Below are positions 57,215-64,000 of a stretch of 64,000 nucleotides of DNA, piece after piece (the stretch's first letter is position 1; each line of letters starts with the position of its first letter). Below the pieces are notes generated by a model. The model saw only the letters and a program-made list of their open reading frames with translations, did no database searches and was not told the DNA's origin. The stretch is from an uncultured Candidatus Saccharibacteria bacterium. GTDB taxonomy: Bacteria; Patescibacteriota; Minisyncoccia; UBA6257; Colwellbacteraceae. Made by a program: the position numbers and the translations under genes. The stretch spans positions 44,853-108,852 of the forward strand of contig CAYHTW010000003.1 of NCBI GenBank assembly GCA_964360065.1, read 5' to 3'.

Positions 57215-60200
57215 TTACGGAGACCAATTAACTATAACATCATCAACTCTAGGTGAAGTAGCAGTATCAACTTTCTGTAGAATTACCTTATATCGGTAAT
57301 ATCTCGTGCCCTTACTGTAGGCACCATTTAACGGGACTGGAGAGTTTGGGCCACTAGTAGTGTAGTAAGTACCGGTTGATCCTCCAGGACCAAGATAAGT
57401 CCAGGCGCCTGTGTTGCAAGTGGGAGCATTAGTCTGACCACCTGGGCAATTGGAGGCGGCAAACTGGAAAGTGACGTAATTGGTACCTCCTGTCCCTAGG
57501 GCTCCTTGCCACATAAGTGAATTGTGATTCACGCCTTTAGTGAAGCCTGTGTCATATGTGCTGGAAATTAACGAACCGGTGGTAAGGACTCCGATTATAA
57601 ACCCGCCGCTAAAAGTTCCGGTCTGGGTATCAGGATTGGTCACCCTAACATCCCAAGCTCCATTAGCCGCTCCTGTGATGGGACAAGTTCCATTAGAAAG
57701 AGTTGTGGAATTAGTAAAGATAAAACCTGTGCAATTGATGGTTGTCTGGCCCGATTTCAAAAGTGATACCGTTGCTCCAGAAATAAAGTTAGTGCCCGAA
57801 ACGGAAATGATAGAAACGGGTGCGTTGTTGATGCCGCTCGTTGGGTTAATCGCAGTAGTGGTAGGAGCCGCTAGAGAAGTAGTAAAACTCCCATCGGCGG
57901 AATAAGACGTACCTATGCTGTTGGTGGCGTAGCCTCGGTAATAGATAAGGGTGCCTGGCGGCATTCCAGATCTGGCCTGAGTGAAAACTCCCGTGGTGGT
58001 GCCTCCTTCAGCAGTACAGTTAGTTGTTGGGGTGGCTGTGGTTGCCCAGCATGTGCCTTTGGCTGTAAGAGTGATGCCTCCATTAGAAGTGACATTAGCA
58101 CCGAGCGTGACGCCTGTAGGGGTAATGGAAGTGGCGGTGGGAGAAGTGACGGTTGGAAGTCCCGTCACACTAAATGTTCCGTTACTTGTGAAAGTATGAA
58201 TAGTATTTGCGCCACTAGTTGTTATCGTGCCGCCAGTAACAGTATAAGCAGAGAAATCTGCGGTTACGTAAGAAATAATAACTATACCAATTACTCCAAC
58301 TTTCCCATTCCCACTTGGGCTAGAACCCATGCCTCCACTTCCTTTTTCAGTACGGTCACCTTGACCACTAGAATAACTACCACCAACGCCGTAAGTTACA
58401 GCAGACCCAGAAATTGAATTTACAATTCCAGGTCCTGGAGTATAACCACTACCATCTCCTCCAGCGCCACCGCCGCCACCTTCCCAGGCGCTATTTGCTG
58501 CCCCGTCTCCTCCTTTACCACCCTGAAAACCAATTCCACCTGCTCCTCCACCTTCCATAGATCCTCCCCCACCAGAACCACCACTACTACCTGCATTACT
58601 TAGGGAACCGTATGCTCCTCCTCCGCCGCCATAGGCAATCGTGGCTGAAAAAACTGAGTTGCCACCATTCCCGCCTTGTCCAGCTCCACCATTAATTCCA
58701 GCGACGCCCGCCGCTCCAACTGTAACAGAATACGCTTGGGTGGTAACTGGAAGGGCAGCATTATATTGATAACCACCCGCACCCCCTCCTCCTCCCCTAT
58801 TGGTGTAACTTGCTCCTCCTCCGCCCCCTCCTCCTACTGAAAATACTTTTACCGCTCCAATAGGAGCTCCCGGCACAATAGAGAAAATCCCGCTTGTCGT
58901 GAAAGTATGAATAGTATTTGCGCCACTAGTTGTTATCGTGCCGCCAGTAACAGTATAAGCAGAGAAATCTGCGGTTACGTAAGAAATAATAGTAACCCCA
59001 GAACCACCAGCCCCTCCTTTATAGTAGCCACCACCACTACCTCGAGTGCCTCCACCTCCTCCACCAAGACCATTTGTTCCAGCATAACCATCGCCTCCAA
59101 GTCTTCCTGCTGCTCCTCCACCATTACCACCCGATCCCTGTCCTGCTCCACCTGCCCCCCCTCCACCACCAGCGTAATATATACTTGATCCACTAATATC
59201 ATTAGAAAAACCAGCGCCACCATTTCCACCGACTCCATTTGGACTAGCGGCATCGGTTCCATTTAAACCAATTGCTCCGGCTCCCCCTCCTCCAGCGCCC
59301 CCTCCCTCTGTGCTTTCTCCTCCGTGGCCTCCGTTATATCCTTGACTTGCAGTTCCTCCGATACCTCCATTATTACTTTCAGCACCACCCCCACCACCAC
59401 CAGACCCTCCGTTTCTTCCATTTGTTCCACTACCACCAACACCTCCACCTCCACCTCCATTTCCGGTTATAGTTGAAAAACTAGATGCAGCACCATCGTT
59501 TCCTTGATTACCTACACTAGAAGCAGTCCCACCAACACCAACAATAACTGTATAATCTTGTGCAATAACAGAAAAAGAAGCATTGTATTGATAACCACCC
59601 GCACCACCCCCACCACCATTACGAGACCAAGAGGTTTGAGATCCCCCACTACCTCCACCTCCTATTACCAATGCTTTTACTTTCATCTTAAGAGTCACTG
59701 TAAAAATCCCGCTTGTCGTGAAAGTATGAATAGTATTTGCGCCGCTGGTCGTTACCGTGCCGCCAGTGATAGTGTATGCAGACCAGTCTGCCGTAACATA
59801 GCTGATGATGACGACTCCTGTGCCGCCAGTGCCTCCTGTATTACTTTTTGAACCGCCGCCGCCACCGCCGGTATTTGGTGTTCCGTTTTGCGGAGTAGCG
59901 GCTACAGATCCATTCCCACCGCCACCAACTCCACCAGTGCCTCCAGAATCATTATTACCACCACCTCCTCCACCACCTGCGTAAGTAACGGAAACGCCTG
60001 AAATTGAATTTGCTGTTCCTGCGCCGCCATTCGCTCCCTCATCATCTCCTGCATTTGCTCCTGCAGCAGAAGCTCCTCCTCCCCCTCCGCCCGCGCCTCC
60101 CGATGTCCCACCGTTATTTCCCTGACCAGATGTTCCTGTACCGTTCGCATAGTTATTACCGCCCCCACCACCGCTACCACCATTAACTCCCACACCCGAA

Positions 60201-60568
60201 GAAAGAGTACGTCCTCCTCCACCTCCTACTGCTGTATGTGTCGCAAAAACGCTATTCCCCCCCGGTGAGCCATTTTGTGTTCCATTAGACGGCCCACCAG
60301 CGCCGCCTCCTCCAACGGTTACCGAGTATGCCTGCGGTGTTACGGCAATGGCGGCATTATAAATATATCCACCCGCTCCTCCACCTCCCCCAGCAGTATT
60401 ACCGCTACCTACACTGGCGCCACCGCCTCCGCCTGCTACTACAAGCACATTTACTGTCGCTACAGAATGCGCAGGAGGAGTTCCGTACATAAAGCTTCCT
60501 ATGGTTAATAAACTAACTAAGATGGTTACCCCCCCTCCCGCGAATATGTGTTTTTTGGTGATTTTCAT
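57215..60568 (-). CDS. Giant glycine-rich modular surface protein (1117 aa): signal anchor, three Gly-rich modules each ending in a conserved ~40-aa block, C-terminal Thr/Ser-rich FN3-like and IPT/TIG-like domains
   Basis: Single uninterrupted ORF. The N-terminus is MKITKKHIFAGGGVTILVSLLTIGSF. The block ISYVTAD(W/F)SAYT(I/V)TGGT(V/I)TTSGANTIHTFT recurs three times. Gly runs take the form GGGGGAGGY(I/Q)YNA...AYSVTVG. The C-terminus contains YYRGYATNSIGTSY (FN3-like) and SIISVSGTNFISGATV...WDVRVTNPDTQTGTF (IPT/TIG-like). Confidence 0.7.
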   Translation of the reverse strand: MKITKKHIFAGGGVTILVSLLTIGSFMYGTPPAHSVATVNVLVVAGGGGGASVGSGNTAGGGGGAGGYIYNAAIAVTPQAYSVTVGGGGAGGPSNGTQNGSPGGNSVFATHTAVGGGGGRTLSSGVGVNGGSGGGGGNNYANGTGTSGQGNNGGTSGGAGGGGGGASAAGANAGDDEGANGGAGTANSISGVSVTYAGGGGGGGNNDSGGTGGVGGGGNGSVAATPQNGTPNTGGGGGGSKSNTGGTGGTGVVIISYVTADWSAYTITGGTVTTSGANTIHTFTTSGIFTVTLKMKVKALVIGGGGSGGSQTSWSRNGGGGGAGGYQYNASFSVIAQDYTVIVGVGGTASSVGNQGNDGAASSFSTITGNGGGGGGVGGSGTNGRNGGSGGGGGGAESNNGGIGGTASQGYNGGHGGESTEGGGAGGGGAGAIGLNGTDAASPNGVGGNGGAGFSNDISGSSIYYAGGGGGAGGAGQGSGGNGGGAAGRLGGDGYAGTNGLGGGGGGTRGSGGGYYKGGAGGSGVTIISYVTADFSAYTVTGGTITTSGANTIHTFTTSGIFSIVPGAPIGAVKVFSVGGGGGGGASYTNRGGGGGAGGYQYNAALPVTTQAYSVTVGAAGVAGINGGAGQGGNGGNSVFSATIAYGGGGGAYGSLSNAGSSGGSGGGGSMEGGGAGGIGFQGGKGGDGAANSAWEGGGGGAGGDGSGYTPGPGIVNSISGSAVTYGVGGSYSSGQGDRTEKGSGGMGSSPSGNGKVGVIGIVIISYVTADFSAYTVTGGTITTSGANTIHTFTSNGTFSVTGLPTVTSPTATSITPTGVTLGANVTSNGGITLTAKGTCWATTATPTTNCTAEGGTTTGVFTQARSGMPPGTLIYYRGYATNSIGTSYSADGSFTTSLAAPTTTAINPTSGINNAPVSIISVSGTNFISGATVSLLKSGQTTINCTGFIFTNSTTLSNGTCPITGAANGAWDVRVTNPDTQTGTFSGGFIIGVLTTGSLISSTYDTGFTKGVNHNSLMWQGALGTGGTNYVTFQFAASNCPGGQTNAPTCNTGAWTYLGPGGSTGTYYTTSGPNSPVPLNGAYSKGTRYYRYKVILQKVDTATSPRVDDVIVNWSP
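58188..59812. repeat. Three tandem intragenic DNA repeats (period ~710-820 bp) with >95-nt identical cores starting at 58188, 58899 and 59718
   Basis: GTGAAAGTATGAATAGTATTTGCGCCACTAGTTGTTATCGTGCCGCCAGTAACAGTATAAGCAGAGAAATCTGCGGTTACGTAAGAAATAATA is identical in copies 1 and 2. Copy 3 is diverged. The plus-strand ORFs 58196, 58907 and 59504 beginning MNSICA... are artefacts of this repeat. Confidence 0.9.
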
Positions 60569-60578
60569 ATGATAATAT

Positions 60579-61268
60579 TTATGGAACGGTTATTGAGCCC
60601 GGAGTTGTAGTGGTGTCTAAACCACTCTGCGATGAATAGCCATTACTTGGTTGTGTTATGGGGCCTTCTGTGCCAGAGCTTCCGCTCCAATCGGTGAAAT
60701 TGCTAGTCTGGTTAACGTAGTGAGTTACATAGCCCGTATTTTTAAAGTCCCCCGTGCCGCCCACGGTTTGTGGCCAAGTAACTCTCACTGTTATTTTTTG
60801 AGTTGAAGGGTCTTCTAAGATATCACTAAATAAACCCGTGCAGGCAGTTTGCGCAGAACTAGTAACGCTACCAGTACCACAACTGTCACGATTGACGTTT
60901 TCCACGGTAAAGTAGCGCGTATAAACTATATTATTGACTGTCAGTTGCTCACTATTGTTAGTTAGAGTGAACGGGCTACCACCGGTGGCAAGATAATAAC
61001 AGTAAGGGGTGCAGGCCTGCGTTGTGTCTCCCTTGGAAATAACCGCATAAAGATCTTGCCAGTTAGCTTCTCCATAAGAACGGACATTGTCCATTAACTC
61101 TTGAGCGAGTGAAGAGGCTGTGTCAGTAATACGGCTTGCTTGATTACTCTTGATAGTTGTGACAAAAGCCGCGGCGGCGGAGGCGACAATAATCGCGCCA
61201 ACGGCAACGGCAATTAGTATTTCTATCAAAGATTGTCCTTCTCTTTCTTTAATAATCGATTCTACCAT
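60579..61268 (-). CDS. Type IV pilin-like protein (prepilin-type N-terminal methylation domain), 229 aa
   Basis: KEREG|QSLIEILIAVAVGAIIVASAAAAF is a class III signal plus hydrophobic alpha1 with Glu at +5. The C-terminal Ser/Thr-rich domain has Cys pairs. Confidence 0.7.
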   Translation of the reverse strand: MVESIIKEREGQSLIEILIAVAVGAIIVASAAAAFVTTIKSNQASRITDTASSLAQELMDNVRSYGEANWQDLYAVISKGDTTQACTPYCYYLATGGSPFTLTNNSEQLTVNNIVYTRYFTVENVNRDSCGTGSVTSSAQTACTGLFSDILEDPSTQKITVRVTWPQTVGGTGDFKNTGYVTHYVNQTSNFTDWSGSSGTEGPITQPSNGYSSQSGLDTTTTPGSITVP

Positions 61269-61743
61269 TGATGTTAACTGTTATAGTGTTTGAGTCAGAT
61301 ACGCTCACTAAACCAAGTGTAACATTCACGGTAGCCGTGGGCAATCCGGTGGCTTTATTGAAAACAATATTCTTAGAAGTTCCTGAAGCCGGATCGGTAA
61401 ATTGTACCTTATTATTCAATACATACCTCTGTGATTCAGCCGCACCAACACCTTCGGCAGCGCAAGAAGTGCTAGGGGCAGTGTAAGATGTCCCGTAACA
61501 GAGATACATAACGTCATTTGCGCCCCCGGCAGGATTATCAAAGCGCATCCACCATTGGTATCCCCCGTCTTGAGAGATAGCTTTGGCTGCGGCGTTATTA
61601 AGTTGCTTCACGGTTATTTGCACCTGATTATCAAGAGTCGATTTAGTTCCAGAACCTATCATAAGTTGGGTCGAGATGACAGAAATGATTACAATCACCC
61701 CCAGTATTATCATCAGCTCTATCAAAGTGAAACCTTTTCTCAT
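61249..61743 (-). CDS. pilA: Type IV pilin (major pilin candidate), 164 aa
   Basis: MRKG|FTLIELMIILGVIVIISVIS is a canonical prepilin leader with the G/F cleavage site and E5. Confidence 0.8.
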   Translation of the reverse strand: MRKGFTLIELMIILGVIVIISVISTQLMIGSGTKSTLDNQVQITVKQLNNAAAKAISQDGGYQWWMRFDNPAGGANDVMYLCYGTSYTAPSTSCAAEGVGAAESQRYVLNNKVQFTDPASGTSKNIVFNKATGLPTATVNVTLGLVSVSDSNTITVNINGRIDY

Positions 61744-61746
61744 TTC

Positions 61747-62961
61747 TTATCCTATTGTACCAACTAGCTGGTAAATTGGGACGATGATGGCCAAAGCAAT
61801 AGTAGCCACCACAAAACCGATAACTAGCAAAAGGACTGGCTCCAAGAAAGAAATTAAAGTCTTGGTGGAGGCGTCAATTTCTGATTCATAAAACTCGGCT
61901 AAAGTATCCAAAATATTTTCCATGTGGCCCGCTTTCTCGGAAATAGCTATCAGGTTAACCACCACTCTTGGGAAAATCTGCTCCCTCCTGAAAGCTTCTC
62001 CAATGGTAAGTCCTTTTGGAACTGCGTCTCGCGATATTCGCAGTAACGCTTCTCTCATCTCCATGTGCCCCACCGAATCGGCTGTAATTTCCAAAGAATC
62101 TAAGATGGACATACCGCTTTTTAGCAGCGACGAGAAAGTCGCCGCAAATCTTTGGATAGCAATTCTATAAAGAATATCTCCCACTATAGGCGCTCTCGCT
62201 AAAAACCTTCCCATCATGGCGCGCCCCGCCACTGTTCTCTTGAAGAAATACCACCCACCCACCAAACCAATAAACAAAGCTGGGAAAATAATGTATGACC
62301 AGGCATTGACGAAAAGTCCCACTCCGAAAACTATCCTGGAGAAAGTCGGCGGTTGGACGCCGCCTGACATAAAAACGTTAGCGATTTTAGGCAAGGCAAA
62401 AGTCACCATGCCGAAAAGGATAACCAGGGCGAGAACGACCAGTACCATCGGATAAATAAGGGCGGCTTTAATTTTACCTCTGATAACCTGCTCTTTTTCT
62501 AGGCTACGGCTCAAATCATCAAAAACTTTTTCCAAATTACCGGAAGTTTCTCCGGCTTTAATAAGGTTAACAAAGACCGGAGAGAAATATTTTGGATATT
62601 TAGTAAAAGTGGAATAAAACGGCTGCCCCTTAGCTAGGGTATCACGAACTTCTATAAGAAGGGACTTAATTGCTGGCTTATCAAAATCCGTTATTAAGAT
62701 ATCAATGGCCTTGAAGAGATCAGTGCCTACTTTAAGCATTAGTGCTAGATACTTAGTTAAGAAAACCTTGTCTTCCACCGTTATCTGCTGAGCAAAGATA
62801 CCACGCAAACCAGTAGTACTAGCTCCGGCCACAGCTTTAACCGAAACCGGCCTTAGGCCTTGTGCGGCCATCCATTCCAAAACCTCGGCTGGACCCTTGG
62901 CTTCTATATCTCCCTCAACCACTCTGCCACCAGGCTCGGAGGCTATGTAATAAAATCTCAT
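61747..62961 (-). CDS. pilC: Type IV pilus platform protein PilC (GspF family)
   Basis: 404 aa; two GspF repeats, 3 TM, typical PilC. Confidence 0.9.
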   Translation of the reverse strand: MRFYYIASEPGGRVVEGDIEAKGPAEVLEWMAAQGLRPVSVKAVAGASTTGLRGIFAQQITVEDKVFLTKYLALMLKVGTDLFKAIDILITDFDKPAIKSLLIEVRDTLAKGQPFYSTFTKYPKYFSPVFVNLIKAGETSGNLEKVFDDLSRSLEKEQVIRGKIKAALIYPMVLVVLALVILFGMVTFALPKIANVFMSGGVQPPTFSRIVFGVGLFVNAWSYIIFPALFIGLVGGWYFFKRTVAGRAMMGRFLARAPIVGDILYRIAIQRFAATFSSLLKSGMSILDSLEITADSVGHMEMREALLRISRDAVPKGLTIGEAFRREQIFPRVVVNLIAISEKAGHMENILDTLAEFYESEIDASTKTLISFLEPVLLLVIGFVVATIALAIIVPIYQLVGTIG

Positions 62962-62962
62962 G

Positions 62963-64000
62963 TTATTCTCTTATAACTCTTAATAATTCGTCTATGGTCG
63001 TCACGCCCGTTTCTATTTTTCGGAGACCATCCTCAAACATAGTTATCATGCCCTCCTCCTTAGCAAGCTGTCTTAGTTTATCCAAAGAAAAATCCGGGCT
63101 GATAATTAATTTCCTCACCTCCTCGGTAACGTTCAGTACCTCAAAAATACCAATTCTGCCTCGGTAACCGCTACCTCCGCAAACAGAACAACCTTTGCCG
63201 GCGTAAATAAACTTAGGCATCTTAAAGTTATCTGTGATGCCAAGATCTTTAACTTGTTTAGATAAGGCTGCAATAAGTTCTTCGGATGGAGCATAAGAGT
63301 ACATACAACTCTTACAAATTTGTCTCACTAATCTCTGGGCTATGATTATGTTAAGCACGGCTGCAACCAGAAAAGGTTGTACATTGATATCTATAAACCG
63401 CGGCACGGCAGTTGTTGCGTCGTTAGTGTGCAGAGAAGACAGCACCAAGTGTCCGGTTAGAGCCGATTGCACTGCGATTTCAGCTGTTTCAGAATCACGG
63501 ATTTCACCAACCATTATGACGTTAGGGTCTTGGCGCAGGATAGCGCGCAGTCCGTCTGCAAAAGTTATGCCAGCCTTCACGTTGATCTGCGTTTGGTTAA
63601 TAAATTTAATATCGTACTCAACTGGGTCTTCCACGGTAACAATATTAACCTCCGGCCTGTTCAAACGTCCTAAAACAGAATAAAGAGTGGTTGATTTACC
63701 GCTCCCCGTCGGACCTGTTACAAGCATCATGCCGTAACTCTTTTTGATATTCTCTTCCAAAATCTTCACCGTGTCGGGCAGCATACCAAGTTCAGTAAAT
63801 GAAAGTGGCCTCGTGCTGGCAGGCAATAATCTCATTTCTACTTTCTCTCCGTAAAAGGTCGGCATAACAGCGACACGGATGTCTATAACATCTCTGCCAA
63901 TTTGGTATCTGAACCTTCCGTCCTGTGGACGAGAATGTTCGTCTATTTTTAGTCCTCCTAGAAGCTTAATCCTGGCCGCAACTGCAGGGTGTATTTCTTT
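62963..64000 (-). CDS. pilB: Type IV pilus assembly ATPase PilB/GspE, C-terminal ~345 aa (N-terminus beyond window end)
   Basis: The ORF track starts at an internal Met (63865), but the frame stays open to 64000. Walker A LVTGPTGSGKSTT, Asp/His boxes, and the tetracysteine motif CKSC...CSVCGGSGYRGR are present. Confidence 0.9.
   Translation of the reverse strand, partial: KEIHPAVAARIKLLGGLKIDEHSRPQDGRFRYQIGRDVIDIRVAVMPTFYGEKVEMRLLPASTRPLSFTELGMLPDTVKILEENIKKSYGMMLVTGPTGSGKSTTLYSVLGRLNRPEVNIVTVEDPVEYDIKFINQTQINVKAGITFADGLRAILRQDPNVIMVGEIRDSETAEIAVQSALTGHLVLSSLHTNDATTAVPRFIDINVQPFLVAAVLNIIIAQRLVRQICKSCMYSYAPSEELIAALSKQVKDLGITDNFKMPKFIYAGKGCSVCGGSGYRGRIGIFEVLNVTEEVRKLIISPDFSLDKLRQLAKEEGMITMFEDGLRKIETGVTTIDELLRVIRE

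Noticed and set aside
57540-60508. Multiple plus-strand ORFs (57540, 57981, 58196, 58907, 59272, 59504, 60004, 60275) and minus-frame ORFs (58975, 59263, 59902) inside the Gly-rich gene; I checked whether the repeats could be a CRISPR array
   Set aside because: All sit inside one long uninterrupted minus-strand frame with coherent modular protein sequence. The repeats are ~700-800 bp coding modules, not 25-40 bp repeats with unique spacers, and the alternative-frame ORFs are artefacts of GC-rich Gly codons.

Overview
This 64 kb window looks like the core chromosome of a small-genome, moderately AT-rich bacterium, most plausibly a Patescibacteria/CPR lineage. That lineage call is an inference from gene content only. 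Supporting observations: rpoA stops after the N-terminal domain (255 aa); alaS is short (645 aa); infA-rpmJ-rpsM-rpsK-rpsD-rpoA-rplQ plus rplM-rpsI are compact; there are many small membrane proteins of unknown function; a class II ribonucleotide reductase is present; and the window ends in a type IV pilus cluster. Almost all genes are on the minus strand.

Gene order from left to right: uvrA (partial, found by manual translation), uvrB, a 3-methyladenine glycosylase, a PMT-like GT-C glycosyltransferase, ftsQ-like, serS, lysS, greA, a GT2 enzyme, the ribosomal/rpoA block, two unknown proteins, alaS, rpoD, dnaG, small membrane proteins, a CapA-like metallophosphatase, tRNA-Ser(GGA), htpX, lemA, groEL/groES, rmuC, NDH-2 (plus strand), a secreted protein with a cupredoxin-like domain, a small GIY-YIG protein overlapping tRNA-Asn(GTT), a P2-type cation ATPase, an AI-2E transporter, a PH-domain membrane protein, an RsuA-like pseudouridine synthase, mltG, truB, a FAD-linked oxidase, a 535-aa membrane protein, nrdJ (class II RNR), ftsZ, ftsA, ybeY, a YqeY-like protein, rpsU, a HIT protein, hisS, lepB and pth. 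The right-hand end is a type IV pilus cluster: PilM/N fusion, a small anchored protein, a 1117-aa glycine-rich modular surface protein, two pilins, pilC, and pilB (partial, running off the window).

Most noteworthy items:
- The giant Gly-rich repeat protein embedded in the pilus operon. It has three near-identical internal DNA repeats, a C-terminal region consistent with FN3/IPT-type surface domains, and Gly-rich modules that may form PGII-like adhesin domains.
- Two families of repeated intergenic inverted-repeat/palindromic elements, two copies each.
- A long perfect-stem structured region plus Pho-box-like direct repeats upstream of nrdJ.
- A consensus-promoter / small-ORF / terminator unit beside tRNA-Ser, with a duplicated tRNA 5' end.
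- A non-CIRCE inverted repeat overlapping the groES promoter.
- A possible protein O-mannosylation pair (GT2 plus PMT-like GT-C).

No CRISPR array, rRNA, integrase or transposase was seen.
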